Source: an uncultured candidate division Zixibacteria bacterium
Lineage (GTDB): Bacteria; Zixibacteria; MSB-5A5; GN15; FEB-12
Reading direction: 5' to 3'
Length of the DNA stretch: 64,000 nucleotides
Assembly: GCA_963664195.1 (NCBI GenBank)
Contig: OY760907.1
Location: forward strand, 1,824,001-1,888,000
Shown in pieces: positions 18,655 to 30,089 of this stretch (position 1 is its first letter; the number at the start of each line of letters is the position of its first letter). The translations under genes were made by a program, and so were the position numbers. The notes under the pieces were generated by a model. That model did not search any database and had not been told where the DNA came from. It saw only the letters and a program-made list of their open reading frames with translations.

Positions 18655-20079
18655 GTGAAACTAGTCCATAGATATTTAATACTGGCCCTGGCGTTGTTAA
18701 TCGTCGGCGGGGCAATAACTTCACAGGCTAAGACGCGTAAGCTGCCGATCAGCACGTACATCAAGTCGGCAAAGATTGAAATCCTGTCCGGTGACGAAGA
18801 TCGCATTCCCGGCGCTGTCGCCTTGCTTGACTCTCTGTTTATGAACTACGGTCCGCATGCCGAGGGTCTCTACTGGATGACACAGATTCAGGTCGACTAC
18901 ATCGAGCGCAAGGCTAACCTGGACGAGAAGAAGCCGTATGTCGAGAAGATGGTCGCCTATGCTGATTCTCTTCGCGCGTGCTGCGGCAACAAGGATATCA
19001 AAAAGAAATACCGCAAGAACTGTGACGAGTATGTCGCTGAGATTGACTCCACGCGCGTTCTCTACTGGAGAACCTACTACAATGCCGCCGTCGAGCAAAT
19101 CACCGAGGTGGAGGAAATCACCGAGACCTTGAAAGAAGTCACGACCGCTGAGGACAAAGAGTTCTACGAGACTCGCCGTGCGGCCCTGATTGATTCCACC
19201 AAGGATCGGATGTATCTGGCGATACTGATCGACTCGACCGATGCCCGCACGTATATCGGTCTCGGGTCCGCTTACGAGAAGTCGGAGGATTATCCGACAG
19301 CGATCGAATGGCTGGAACGCGGACTTGCCAAGGCCGGGGATCGCGCTCCGGTCGCTATACGGATCGCATACGATTATATCCAGATGGGCGAATTCTGCAA
19401 GACGATTCCGTACTTCCGGGAGTATATCGACGCCAATCTGGCCGACACGGCTGTGATGGCCGATGAACACAACAGGAGTATCGTAATCAGCACGATGCAC
19501 AACCTGGCGATTTGTTACAACAACTGCCAGCGGTACGACGAGGCATTCGGTGTGTTCGAGGAGATCATGGCACTAGATCCGGATGATGTCGAGGCAGTTA
19601 CCGGAGCGGGGCGGTACTTCACGCACATTGCCCAGGAAGCGTTGGACTCAGCCAATGTCTACCGGGATCAAGAGAACCAAGCCAAAGCAAAAGAGTGGCA
19701 GGACGTTCGGATGGAACGTTTTGAGAGAGCCCGTGGATTCCTGAAGCATGCCTTTGAGTTGAAGCAGGACGATATCGACGCCGCCGAAGAATACGCGATT
19801 GTGGCCGTAGTCCTTCAGAACAACGAAGAAGCGGCTGTTGCTTTCGCTCGCGCCTGCGAACTGGACCCCACTCGCGCCGACAACTGGCGGAGTCTTGGGG
19901 ATCGGTACCTCAAGATGGAAAGCTGGCCCGAATGCGCGGCCGCCTATGAGAAAGTCGTGGAGCTTCAGCCAGATAATGTCGAAATCTGGAAGTCGCTCAA
20001 GGCCCTGTATATCGAGCTTGGTAAGAAGCAGGCCAGAATCAATGCCGAGGCTAAGATCAAGAAACTCAGCGGCAACTAG
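18655..20079 (+). CDS. Exported tetratricopeptide-repeat protein
   Basis: GAGGAGG SD then GTG; N-terminal hydrophobic signal; multiple TPR-like helices (AYEKVVELQPDN). Confidence 0.85.
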   Translation: MKLVHRYLILALALLIVGGAITSQAKTRKLPISTYIKSAKIEILSGDEDRIPGAVALLDSLFMNYGPHAEGLYWMTQIQVDYIERKANLDEKKPYVEKMVAYADSLRACCGNKDIKKKYRKNCDEYVAEIDSTRVLYWRTYYNAAVEQITEVEEITETLKEVTTAEDKEFYETRRAALIDSTKDRMYLAILIDSTDARTYIGLGSAYEKSEDYPTAIEWLERGLAKAGDRAPVAIRIAYDYIQMGEFCKTIPYFREYIDANLADTAVMADEHNRSIVISTMHNLAICYNNCQRYDEAFGVFEEIMALDPDDVEAVTGAGRYFTHIAQEALDSANVYRDQENQAKAKEWQDVRMERFERARGFLKHAFELKQDDIDAAEEYAIVAVVLQNNEEAAVAFARACELDPTRADNWRSLGDRYLKMESWPECAAAYEKVVELQPDNVEIWKSLKALYIELGKKQARINAEAKIKKLSGN

Positions 20080-20102
20080 CCTCGCAAAGAACATCAAGCC
20101 AT

Positions 20103-20132
20103 AAAAAGGGCTGGCCTCGGGCCAGCCCTTTT
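20103..20132 (+). terminator. Intrinsic terminator
   Basis: AAAAAGGGCTGGCC-TCG-GGCCAGCCCTTTT. Confidence 0.8.
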
Positions 20133-20144
20133 CTATATTCCTTT

Positions 20145-22539
20145 ATGAATTCATGCCCACGGCTCGTCTCGGTGGCCGTAACCGGACCATTTCACAAGGC
20201 TTTTACTTACCACCTCCCAGACCGGCAGGCGGAAATCGCGCCGGGTACGCGGGTGTTGGTTGAGTTTGGACGGAGTCGGGCAGTCGGATTCTGTCTCGGT
20301 GCATCACGCGTCAAGCCGGACTTCACGACCAAACCGATTATTCGCGTGCTCGATACAGACAGCTATTTCCCGCCGGACTTGTTTGATCTGTGCCTCTGGA
20401 TGGCGGACTACTATTATGCCAATCCGGCCGATTGCCTGGCCGCGGCGTTGCCCTCGGTGCTCAAGACCCGTCGATCAGTCGACCTCGTGTGGGCTGAGCA
20501 GGACAATGCAGATATACCGGATGCTATCGTCAGCATCTACAAACCGGGTAGGCGATTGGCCGATGTCGTCAAAGAGCATCTTCGACAGAACGACCCCGCC
20601 CTGCTCAAGCGTTTGATAGACGACGGTCAGCTAGCCGAAAACTGGCCCGTGGTCGAGGAAACAGGCCGAGCGGTAATCTCCGGCTATCGGGCTGTTCGGG
20701 TCGATGACTGGCAAAGGTTCTTCGCAAAACGACGTTTCAGGCCGGAACCGTTCGTCGGCCAACAGGACCGAAGCGAACTGTTCGCGAACGGTTGGACCGA
20801 ACACTATGTTAGAGCAGCTTCCTCCGCCGGGTTGCTCAGGCCGGTGGTGACGTCCAAGCCCGACAGCATTCTGGATTTCGTCCCGCCGAAAGAAGGCGTT
20901 ACCGATCTCACTCTCCTTGACGGTCAGCGGGCGGTGTTTGACTCGGTAATCGGGCTGCTCGATAGCGGGTTTTCCAGTTCGCTGCTTCACGGTATTACGG
21001 GTTCAGGAAAGACGCTGGTGTATTGCCATATTGCTCGCGAAGTGCTGAACCGTGGCCGGACTGTTCTCATTCTGACACCGGAGATTGCGCTATCAGGAAC
21101 GACTTTGGCGTACTTTAGAGGATTTTTCGGCGACAAAGTTACGGTCTTTCATTCGGCCATGACCCAGCGCGAGAGACTCGAGAGCTGGAATGGCGTGCGG
21201 CGCGGGAGATATCGCATCGTTATCGGTCCGCGCTCGGCTGTGTTTGCGCCGCTCAAGGATCTGGGATTGATTGTGGTCGACGAAGAGCACGACGGTTCCT
21301 ACAAGCAGGATGATCCGTCGCCCAGGTTCCACGGTCGCGATTCTGCCGTCATGCGGGCGAAAATCGCCGACATCCCTGTTCTGCTGGGGTCGGCCTCGCC
21401 GTCTCTTGAGTCGTACCACAATGCTCGCCTGGGGCGCTATCGCTTGCTGGAGTTGAAGGAACGTCCCGGTGATGCCAGACTTCCGGTAGTGCGCATCATC
21501 AATATGAAAAAGGAACGGCTCCATGGTGACCTTCCGAATCTCTCCTTCCCGTTGAAGAAAGAAATAGATCAGCGACTGGAGCGCGAGGAACAGGTCATCC
21601 TGTTTCTGAACCGCAGGGGATACTCTCCGCAATTGAAGTGTTCCGGCTGCGGTCATGTGCCGGGCTGTCCGCACTGCGACGTCAAACTCACATACCACAA
21701 AGCGGGTGCCAAGCTGTCCTGTCATTATTGCGGGTACTTGCGAACGGCATATGAGTGCTGCGAGAAATGCGGCGGAAGCCGTTTCCAGTATCCCGGCACG
21801 GGGACGCAGAAAGTCGAGGAACAGATTGCACGCTTGTTCGAGAATGCGGGCGTACTGAGATTCGACTCCGACACGGCTTCGGGACGAAAGGACGGGCACC
21901 GGATGCTGCGCGATTTCGCAGACCGGAAGCACAAACTCCTGCTCGGCACGCAGATGGTAACCAAAGGACTGGACTTGCCGGGAGTGTCGTTGGTCGGGGT
22001 GCTGTCGGCTGATCTGGGTTTGGACTTGCCGGACTTTCGATCCTCGGAGAAAACCTTCGCGCGTTTGCTGCAAGTAGCAGGACGGTCGGGGAGAGGATCA
22101 AGCCCGGGGGAGGTGCTGGTGCAGACGTACTATCCGTCGAACGAGGTCATTCAGGACGCTGCCCGACAAGACTACCTGAGTTTCTTCGACCGTGAGCTGG
22201 AGTCACGACGACTGCTTTCGTTTCCGCCGTTTTCGCGAATGGTGAAGTTTGTCCTGTCGACTGCCGACGGCGACAAACTTCAGTCTCAGACTGCATCGTT
22301 TGCCGAACGACTCAGAGGGCGGCTTGAGCGCGCTGGTCTGGAATCAGACATCCTCGGTCCGGCACCCTGCCCGATGCCGTTCCTGCGGGGCAAAGCAAGG
22401 AGACAACTGTTCATCCGCACGAAACGGGTGCAGGCCTTTCACGGGTATGCTTCGGAGCTGGGAGGAGGAGCAGACGCGTTTTGGATTGCCCTCGATAGTG
22501 AAGCTGGTGATTGACGTTGATCCTGATGACATGATGTAA
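20145..22539 (+). CDS. priA: Primosomal protein N' (helicase PriA), with an apparent frameshift near 22440
   Basis: LHGITGSGKT, VDEEHD, GSASPS, Cys-rich zinc motifs and QVAGRSGR. The canonical IDVDP end lies in another frame ending at 22539; the unshifted ORF stops at 22514. Confidence 0.95.
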
Positions 22540-22790
22540 AGGGGTGCCATAATCAATCTTGGTGGCCCACTCGTGCTCCCGGTGGAATGTACTGTAACTT
22601 GCCCACGACGGCATTCAACTCTTGTCCTGGCTCGCGCGTCTGTGTAGTATGAGTCGAACCTGACATTGGGGGAATCTGTGAGTAGAGTCTTGGTAGCCCC
22701 AGAGCCATCCGGCTAGAGCGGGAATACGTCTCGCTTATTAAAGGAAACGCTGTTTTCTTTTAATGATTTTGGCTGGATTAAAATACATTT

Positions 22791-22995
22791 GATCAGTCGG
22801 TGGTTGGCGCAGGAGTAGAGCAAGAGGTTGACGAGGACACGCAGTGTCGCCGGCGTCTGCCGCCCACGGAAGAACCTTGGCACGTATCCTCGGTGACCCG
22901 CCCAGAGTGCGGTGGAGCGAAACGACGGGTGGGATATACGGCCGGGATGGAACCCGGCCGATCACAGGTTTGCGTCTGGCACCCATCCAACTGAC
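22791..22995 (+). ncRNA. Candidate structured non-coding RNA, family not recognised
   Basis: 5' and 3' ends are complementary and there are several internal helices. TAAAAT lies 6 nt upstream and a hairpin terminator immediately downstream. No credible ORF. Confidence 0.5.
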
Positions 22996-23002
22996 TTCCC
23001 AC

Positions 23003-23031
23003 AAAAAAAACCGCCCCAAACGGGGCGGTTT
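23003..23031 (-). terminator. Intrinsic terminator of the prs-rplY operon (possibly bidirectional)
   Basis: A8-CCGCCCC-AAAC-GGGGCGG-TTT. Confidence 0.85.
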
Positions 23032-23054
23032 CTCTAATCGAGTTTGAGAACACT

Positions 23055-23726
23055 CTATTCGGACTTCTCCTCGGCGGCGGAAGCCTCTTCGCCTTCAGCG
23101 GCAGCTTCGCCTTCTTCAGCTTCCTCAACACCTTCTTCGCCTTCAACACCACCGGCAGTGACCTCGCTCTTAATAACGGTCGGAGCGGAGATAACTACCA
23201 CCGTGCGACGCTCGGCGGTCATGATGTCGACATTCGGGATATCAAGATCACGCACGTGAATTGAGTCGCCGATGTTCAACTCGGAGACATCAATTTCGAA
23301 CTTGTCCGGAATATCCTTTGGCAGGCAGGAGATTTCGAGTTCTCTGATTGTTGCCTGCATAATGCCGCCGTCGACCTTCACGCCTATCGGCGTGCCGGTG
23401 AAGTTAATCGGCAAGGCGACGTTAATCGGTCGGCTCATGGAGATGGCATGGAAATCCACATGGATAACCTTGTTGGTGATTTCGTCGCGTTGCAGTTCAC
23501 GTACGACTGCTTTGTGCTCTTTGCCATCAACCTGGATGCTCAGAATGGAGCTGCTGTCCGCGGTCTTCATAGCCGTCCGGAACTCGTGCTCCACAACTGC
23601 CACGGCCATCGGCTCAGTTTCCGGACCGTAGATGACTCCGGGGATCTGACCGGCCATACGCGCCCGGCGGGCAAAACCCTTGCCGACCTCTTCGCGCATC
23701 ACGGCAGTCATTGGTATCTCTCTCAT
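23055..23726 (-). CDS. rplY: 50S ribosomal protein L25 / general stress protein Ctc
   Basis: ARRARMAGQIPGVIYG, IHVDF, GVKVDGG and IGDSIHVRDL. Confidence 0.95.
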   Translation of the reverse strand: MREIPMTAVMREEVGKGFARRARMAGQIPGVIYGPETEPMAVAVVEHEFRTAMKTADSSSILSIQVDGKEHKAVVRELQRDEITNKVIHVDFHAISMSRPINVALPINFTGTPIGVKVDGGIMQATIRELEISCLPKDIPDKFEIDVSELNIGDSIHVRDLDIPNVDIMTAERRTVVVISAPTVIKSEVTAGGVEGEEGVEEAEEGEAAAEGEEASAAEEKSE

Positions 23727-23762
23727 TGTCCTGTATTCTCCTGTAAAGTATTGACTACTGTC

Positions 23763-24725
23763 TTATTCTAAATCATCAACCGGCTCATCGAATAGCTTTG
23801 AAACCGATTCTTCGTCGAAAATTCTCTTAATAGCTTCGCCAATCAGTTCCGAGCAAGTGACAACTTCGAATTCGTCGGTCAGGCTTCGCTGGGATTGGTC
23901 GATTGAGTCCGATATCAACATCTTTTTGATAGGCGATTTGGCCACACGGGCGATCGCGTTACCTGACAGCACGCCGTGGGTGCAGGCTGCGTAAACATCT
24001 CTTGCGCCGTTTTCCTTGAGGCATTCGGCCGCCTGGCAGAGAGAACCGCCGGTATCAATCATGTCATCGCGGATCAGCACGTTTTTGCCTTTGACCTCAC
24101 CGATCAGGTTCATCACTTTGGAGACGTTTGGTTTCGGACGGCGTTTGTCAATAATCGCCAGGGAGGCGTTTAGCGACGAGGCCGTGGCGCGGGCCATCTT
24201 CAGCGAGCCGACATCAGGTGAGGCCACTACGAGGTTCCCGACATTCAACTCACGGAAATACTCGTTGAACAGCTTGGAAGAATACAGGTGGTCATGGGGC
24301 AGATCAAAAAAACCCTGGATCTGGCTTGCGTGCAGATCCATGGTCATGATCCTGTCCGCTCCGGCGGTCGTAATCATGTTGGCCAGAAGCTTGGCGGTGA
24401 TCGCCACACGGGGGCGGTCTTTGCGGTCCTGGCGGGCATACCCGTAGTACGGGATCACGGCCGTGATCCGCATAGCCGAGGCTCTTCGTGAGGCCTCGAT
24501 GAGCATAAGCAGCTCCATCAGGCTCTCCGCGGGCGGATTGGTCGGCTGGATGATAAACAGGTCAGCTCCGCGAATGTTTTCGTTTATCTGAACGAAAACC
24601 TCACCGTCGGAGAACCGCGTCACCGTACAGTCGGTCAACTCCACACCGAGGTATGCAGCGATCTTTGTCGCCAGAGCACGATTGGAGTTGCCCGTCACCA
24701 GTTTGATGTCATTCCGAACGATCAT
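23763..24725 (-). CDS. prs: Ribose-phosphate pyrophosphokinase
   Basis: FSDGE, PYYGYARQDRK, DLHASQIQGFF and DDMIDTGGS. Confidence 0.98.
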   Translation of the reverse strand: MIVRNDIKLVTGNSNRALATKIAAYLGVELTDCTVTRFSDGEVFVQINENIRGADLFIIQPTNPPAESLMELLMLIEASRRASAMRITAVIPYYGYARQDRKDRPRVAITAKLLANMITTAGADRIMTMDLHASQIQGFFDLPHDHLYSSKLFNEYFRELNVGNLVVASPDVGSLKMARATASSLNASLAIIDKRRPKPNVSKVMNLIGEVKGKNVLIRDDMIDTGGSLCQAAECLKENGARDVYAACTHGVLSGNAIARVAKSPIKKMLISDSIDQSQRSLTDEFEVVTCSELIGEAIKRIFDEESVSKLFDEPVDDLE

Positions 24726-24817
24726 GTCTCAGGCCTTCTTTACCCGGAAATTAAAACCTGATCTGTGTCAGGCAAGGCCTGCCACAAAGCAGGTTCCGGA
24801 AAAAGTCTGTTGTCTAT

Positions 24818-24889
24818 CTGGGGCGCCAGGATTCGAACCTGGGAATGCCAGCTCCAAAGGCTGGTGTCTTACCACTTGACGACGCCCCA
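24818..24889 (-). tRNA. tRNA-Gln(UUG), CCA not encoded
   Basis: TGGGGCG acceptor stem, anticodon arm CCAGC-CTTTGGA-GCTGG, and GGTTCGAATCC T-arm. Confidence 0.95.
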
Positions 24890-24906
24890 AGAATTCTGCC
24901 GGCTGT

Positions 24907-25176
24907 CTACGCTGAAGTCTGTGTTTTCAACTCCAGCTCGTAGGCCTCCAGCACGCTTTTCTCGATCAGGGTGCGCATATCCTTGTTGACCGGATGTGCA
25001 ATATCCTGATGTGTCCCGTCTGGTCTTTTCCTGCTGGGCATGGACACAAAGTACCCGCTAGTTCCCTGGATGATCTTCATCCCGCGAACGACGAAGGCGT
25101 TGTCAAAAGTCACGTTGGCAAAACCCCGGAGTTTTTCTTCGTCGCGAAGGGTAACTCGAATTTCTGTAATCTCCAC
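24907..25176 (-). CDS. spoVG: Septation regulator SpoVG family protein
   Basis: EITEIRV, VTFDNAFVV, FVSMPSRK and DIAHPVN; GGGAGG SD before the GTG. Confidence 0.95.
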   Translation of the reverse strand: MEITEIRVTLRDEEKLRGFANVTFDNAFVVRGMKIIQGTSGYFVSMPSRKRPDGTHQDIAHPVNKDMRTLIEKSVLEAYELELKTQTSA

Positions 25177-25189
25177 GCAGCCTCCCCTC

Positions 25190-26104
25190 TTATGGAAGTC
25201 GTACAGGCAGGGTAACCGGTCGTACTACCATCACTCTTCCGGTCTCCTTTCCAAATAACCTCTTGCTCTTTGTTTCCGGCACACTATCAAATAAACCAAA
25301 AACTGTTGGACCTGAGCCACTCATCCGGACTATCAATGCTCCAATATCCAAAAGCTCATCCTTTATCCTTCCCAGCCCGGGGAAGGACCCAAGATGAACC
25401 TTCTCAAAGTCATTGCCGGTATGCTCCAGGGTGTCGACAAACTGACGCAAGCCCTTGCAGCGTCGAAAACTAAACGGAATCTTCGATTTTGTCAAGTCTA
25501 TTCTAAGAGCCGCATAGCTCTCTGCCGTAGAGATATGCAGGTCCGGAGTGGCCAGAACAAGCCAATAATCCGTTGGGAAGTCGGTTTCGGTGATCTTTTC
25601 GCCCCTGCCGCCGACCATCGCCTGGCCGTGCGTGAAGAAAAACGGCAGATCCGATCCTATTTCCAGCCCCAACTCCGCCATCTGAGAGAAGTCAAGCCCC
25701 AGGTCCCACAATCCACATACCGCCAGAATGGTTGCTGCGCCGTCGGCCGATCCCCCGGCCAACCCGGCAGCGATAGGAATATTTTTCTCAAGCTGCACTT
25801 GCAAGCCGTCGGTCAATCCAAACCTGTCCTGCATTAGCCGAAACGCTCTCACAATGAGGTTGCGCCCGTCGACCGGCACATCGGCGTCATTGGTCAATTC
25901 GATAGAGATATCGGAGCCGTACCTGATCCGGGTGAACGTGATCCGGTCGAACAGCGACACTGCCTGGAACAGGGAGTTGATGTCGTGGTAACCGTCGTCC
26001 CTCTTCCCGAGAACTTCAAGGAACAGATTGACCTTGGCAGGGGTGCCGATTATGACTGAATCTTGTGAAATACGCTTGGCAAACACGCCACAAACCGCTT
26101 CCAA
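25190..26104 (-). CDS. ispE: 4-diphosphocytidyl-2-C-methyl-D-erythritol kinase (start uncertain; GTG at 26086 possible)
   Basis: PAKVNLFLEV, KNIPIAAGLAGGSADG, IGSDLPFF and MSGSGPTVFG. Confidence 0.95.
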   Translation of the reverse strand: MEAVCGVFAKRISQDSVIIGTPAKVNLFLEVLGKRDDGYHDINSLFQAVSLFDRITFTRIRYGSDISIELTNDADVPVDGRNLIVRAFRLMQDRFGLTDGLQVQLEKNIPIAAGLAGGSADGAATILAVCGLWDLGLDFSQMAELGLEIGSDLPFFFTHGQAMVGGRGEKITETDFPTDYWLVLATPDLHISTAESYAALRIDLTKSKIPFSFRRCKGLRQFVDTLEHTGNDFEKVHLGSFPGLGRIKDELLDIGALIVRMSGSGPTVFGLFDSVPETKSKRLFGKETGRVMVVRPVTLPVRLP

Positions 26105-26295
26105 ATCGTGGGAGCCGGTTGTAGACCACAGGCTCCGGTTAAGGCGTTAGAATGTAACATATTGACAAAAATGCACAAGTGCAATCTGCGACCGTGTTAT
26201 TTGCTGTTCAAACTCTTGAAATCGACTGTGCGGTTGCCTATACTAGATCAATACACTCTCCGGGTCGTGCCCGGTTTCTTCAGAAGGAGATCACG

Positions 26296-28959
26296 ATGGA
26301 CCCATTTAGCGCCAAAGCCGTACTGAAAACCAAATCACAGAGCTACGATATATTCAGGCTCGACAGTCTGGCCAAGTTCGGACAACTCGATAGTCTTCCG
26401 TATTCAATCAAAGTGCTGTTGGAAAACCTGTTGCGCAACGTCGACGGCCGCGTAGTCACCGAGGACCATATCAAGACTGCCGCCGCATACAATCCCGGCA
26501 ATGTCGGAGAGATAACGATCCCGTTCAAGCCCGCCCGCGTGCTGCTACAGGATTTCACTGGCGTACCGGCTGTTGTTGATCTGGCCGCACTTCGCTCGGC
26601 GATGAAAGCGATGAACGGCGACCCGAAGAAAATCAATCCGTTGGTACCCGTCGATCTCGTAATCGACCACTCGGTGCAGGTTGATTCCTACGCAAGCGAT
26701 GACTCGCTGCAGATAAACATTGATAAGGAGTTCGAGCGTAACCGCGAGCGGTATGAGTTCCTTCACTGGGGACAGGGTGCGTTTGACAATTTCCGCGTTG
26801 TTCCTCCCGCCACCGGCATTTGCCACCAGGTGAACCTTGAGTATCTGGCCAAAGTCGTGCAGGGGCGCGATGGTGTGGCATATCCGGATACGCTCGTCGG
26901 AACTGACAGCCACACCGTGATGATCAACGGACTCGGCGTACTCGGCTGGGGAGTCGGCGGTATTGAGGCCGAGGCGGCTATGCTCGGACAGCCGATCTAC
27001 ATGCTTATGCCGGAAGTGGTCGGATTCAAACTGACCGGCGAGATTCCGCAGGGTGTCACCGGCACGGATGTCGTCCTGACGGTTACGCAGATGCTTCGTG
27101 AGGTCGGCGTTGTCGGCAAGTTTGTGGAGTTCTTCGGACCGGCGCTTGACAATATGGCCCTGCCGTCGAAAGCCATGATCGCCAATATGGCACCCGAGTA
27201 CGGCGCCACGATGGGATATTTCCCGGTTGATGCCTCCACGCTTGACTATCTGCGCATGTCCGGTCGCACCGAGGAAGAGATTGACCTCGTTGAGAGTTAC
27301 TGCAAAGAGCAGGGGTTGTTCCGCGAGCCGGGTTCGGCGGAGAAGCAGTACAAGAAAGTTGTGGAGTTGAATCTTGGCGATGTTGTGTCGTCGCTGGCCG
27401 GACCAAAACGCCCGCAGGACCGAATTGCCCTGGCGAAAATGAAATCCGAATTCAAAGCCGACCTCACTAAGCCGATCAAAGCCCGTGGATTTGAATTGCC
27501 TGAGAGCGACTTAAACAATACCGGCAAGATGAACGGTGTCGAAGTTGGCCACGGCGCGGTTGTCATTGCAGCGATAACCTCCTGCACAAACACTTCTGAC
27601 CCGTATGTTCTCCTGGCCGCCGGATTGATGGCGAAAAAGGCGGTTGCAAAGGGACTGAAAACCAAGCCGTACGTGAAGACCTCGTTGGCCCCAGGCTCTA
27701 AAGTAGTAACCCGCTATCTGGAAAAAGCCGGTCTGATTGATTCGTTTAAAGCGCTCGGATTCCATAACGTCGGATACGGTTGCACTAGCTGCATCGGCAA
27801 CTCGGGACCGCTCTCAGACGAAGTCGTCAAGGCGATTCAGGACGGTAACCTCGTTACCTCGGCGGTTCTTTCCGGCAACCGCAATTTTGAAGGCCGTGTC
27901 AGCCCGCACACTCGCGCGAACTATCTCGCTTCGCCGCCGCTGGTGGTAGCCTACGCGCTGGCCGGATCGGTCGATATTGATCTGACCACCGAGCCGATTG
28001 GAAAAGGCGCCGACGGGGGAGAGGTCTTCCTAAAAGACATCTGGCCGTCGCAAAAAGAAATCGATGAGGCCATGCAGAAGTTTGTCACTTCCGATCTGTT
28101 CCGCGAAGAATACTCCAACGTCGCCAAAGGCAGCCCCAAATGGAATGCTATCGACGGGTTCGAGGGAGACATCTTCCCGTGGGATGACAAATCGACCTAT
28201 ATCCAGCTTCCGCCGTTTTTTATCGACATGAAACCGGAGCCGGAGGATATCAAGCCAATCGAAAACGCCAAGGTCCTCGTGATGGTTGGTGACTCGATCA
28301 CGACCGATCACATTTCTCCGGCGGGCGCAATCAAGTCCGATTCACCGGCAGCAAAGTACCTGAAGGACAACGGCGTTAAATTCGAGGATTTCAACTCTTA
28401 CGGATCCCGCCGGGGCAACGACCGCGTGATGACTCGCGGAACGTTTGCCAACATACGATTGCGCAACCAACTGGTGCCGGGCACCGAGGGCGGTATCACC
28501 AAATATCATCCGAACGGCGAGATAATGGACATCTACGACGCCTCCGTGAAGTACAAAGAGAGCGGCACACCGCTTGTAGTCCTCGCCGGCAACGATTACG
28601 GCATGGGGTCATCACGTGACTGGGCCGCCAAGGGGACGAATCTTCTCGGCGTGAAAGCGGTGCTGGCGCAGAGCTACGAACGGATTCACCGTTCCAACCT
28701 CGTGGGCATGGGCGTGCTGCCGCTTCAGTTTGCCGAGGGTAACTCGCGTGAGTCGCTTGGATTGACCGGCGACGAAATATATACGATTGAAGGCCTCTCC
28801 AACGATATGGAACCGGGCGAGGAAGTCACGGTCAAGGCCGTCTCTGATTCCGGGGAGAAGACGTTCAAGATGAAAGCGCGAATCGACACACCGATTGAAG
28901 TTGACTATTATCGCCATGGCGGCATTCTTTCGATGGTGCTCCGTCAGTTGGCGAAATGA
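26296..28959 (+). CDS. acnA: Aconitate hydratase A
   Basis: AAGGAG SD then ATG at 26296; [35 protein letters not shown] and [10 protein letters not shown]. Confidence 0.98.
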   Translation: MDPFSAKAVLKTKSQSYDIFRLDSLAKFGQLDSLPYSIKVLLENLLRNVDGRVVTEDHIKTAAAYNPGNVGEITIPFKPARVLLQDFTGVPAVVDLAALRSAMKAMNGDPKKINPLVPVDLVIDHSVQVDSYASDDSLQINIDKEFERNRERYEFLHWGQGAFDNFRVVPPATGICHQVNLEYLAKVVQGRDGVAYPDTLVGTDSHTVMINGLGVLGWGVGGIEAEAAMLGQPIYMLMPEVVGFKLTGEIPQGVTGTDVVLTVTQMLREVGVVGKFVEFFGPALDNMALPSKAMIANMAPEYGATMGYFPVDASTLDYLRMSGRTEEEIDLVESYCKEQGLFREPGSAEKQYKKVVELNLGDVVSSLAGPKRPQDRIALAKMKSEFKADLTKPIKARGFELPESDLNNTGKMNGVEVGHGAVVIAAITSCTNTSDPYVLLAAGLMAKKAVAKGLKTKPYVKTSLAPGSKVVTRYLEKAGLIDSFKALGFHNVGYGCTSCIGNSGPLSDEVVKAIQDGNLVTSAVLSGNRNFEGRVSPHTRANYLASPPLVVAYALAGSVDIDLTTEPIGKGADGGEVFLKDIWPSQKEIDEAMQKFVTSDLFREEYSNVAKGSPKWNAIDGFEGDIFPWDDKSTYIQLPPFFIDMKPEPEDIKPIENAKVLVMVGDSITTDHISPAGAIKSDSPAAKYLKDNGVKFEDFNSYGSRRGNDRVMTRGTFANIRLRNQLVPGTEGGITKYHPNGEIMDIYDASVKYKESGTPLVVLAGNDYGMGSSRDWAAKGTNLLGVKAVLAQSYERIHRSNLVGMGVLPLQFAEGNSRESLGLTGDEIYTIEGLSNDMEPGEEVTVKAVSDSGEKTFKMKARIDTPIEVDYYRHGGILSMVLRQLAK

Positions 28960-29028
28960 AACTGAATACATGCCCCCTCGCGGGGGTATGATACAATATG
29001 ATCGCACACTTTTTGTGGAGACTGAGTA

Positions 29029-30060
29029 ATGCCAGTAGCTACGCCTGAAATCTATAACAAGATGCTCGATGCCGCCCAGGCCGGGAACTATGCCTATCCC
29101 GCTATCAACGTCACCTCGACCGAGACGGCCAACGCGGCCCTCAAGGGGTTTGCTGACGCCGGTTCCGACGGCATCATCCAGGCCTCGACCGGGGCCGGAA
29201 CGTTTGCTTCGGGGTTGAACGTCAAAGACATGGTGCTCGGGTCGATTACAATTGCCGAGCATGTCCACCGTATGGCCGAGCGGTACAACATCTATGTGGC
29301 GCTGCACACCGATCATTGCCAACCGGGCAAAGTTGACAGTTACATAAGGCCGTTGATCGAAGAAACCGTACGTCGTCGCGGGTGCCGTCAGCCGAATCTG
29401 TTCCAGTCGCACATGTTCGATGGTTCAGAGCTATCGACTACCGAAAACATGAAAATCGCCGCAGAGTTGCTTGAGTTGTGCCGCGAGAACGAGCTTATTC
29501 TTGAAGTGGAAATCGGCGTGGTCGGCGGCGAGGAAGACGGCATGGATCATTCCGACGCTCCCGCCGAAAAGCTCTACACTACTCCGGAAGACATGATTGA
29601 GGTCTACCGGGTACTGAATCCGCTCGGAGGACGGTACATGGTCGCTGCGACTTTCGGCAACGTGCACGGCATCTACAAGCCGGGCAACGTGGTGTTGAAG
29701 CCGAAAATCCTCAAAGCCGGTCAGGACGCGTTAATGAAGGAGTTTGGTCCTAAAGCGCGATTTGATCTGGTATTCCACGGCGGGTCAGGCTCGGAGCTTT
29801 CGGATATTCACGAAACGCTGGACTACGGCGTGGTGAAGATGAATGTTGACACAGATACCCAGTATCATTTCACGCAGGGTTTGCTGGCGCATGTCGATGA
29901 GTTCCGTGCGGAGATGACGCATTCCAAGACCGACGTGGCGAACAAGAAGAAATTCGATCCTCGTGTGTATCTGAAGAAGGCCGAGGAAAGCATGGCAGCG
30001 CGTGTCGGCCAGGCGTGCAAGGATTTGAAATCCGACGGCCGGTCTCTGTTCAGGCAGTAG
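29029..30060 (+). CDS. fbaA: Class II fructose-bisphosphate aldolase
   Basis: ALHTDHC, SHMFDGS, GGEEDG, FGNVHG, VFHGGSG and KMNVDTD. Confidence 0.95.
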   Translation: MPVATPEIYNKMLDAAQAGNYAYPAINVTSTETANAALKGFADAGSDGIIQASTGAGTFASGLNVKDMVLGSITIAEHVHRMAERYNIYVALHTDHCQPGKVDSYIRPLIEETVRRRGCRQPNLFQSHMFDGSELSTTENMKIAAELLELCRENELILEVEIGVVGGEEDGMDHSDAPAEKLYTTPEDMIEVYRVLNPLGGRYMVAATFGNVHGIYKPGNVVLKPKILKAGQDALMKEFGPKARFDLVFHGGSGSELSDIHETLDYGVVKMNVDTDTQYHFTQGLLAHVDEFRAEMTHSKTDVANKKKFDPRVYLKKAEESMAARVGQACKDLKSDGRSLFRQ

Positions 30061-30089
30061 GGGTTGTAGTTCGAAACCGTCGGTGTTAT

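Noticed and set aside
22940..22965. RNase P RNA suggested by GAACCCGGC
   Set aside because: There is no GAGGAAAGTCC partner, the region is too short, and the motif is part of a local hairpin.
22800..22994. 64-aa ORF overlapping the ncRNA candidate
   Set aside because: No SD and no protein-like features; the extensive pairing is better explained as RNA structure.
22996..23055. Absence of pth after rplY as a sign of deletion
   Set aside because: A clean terminator follows rplY and no remnant is visible; pth may simply lie elsewhere in the genome.
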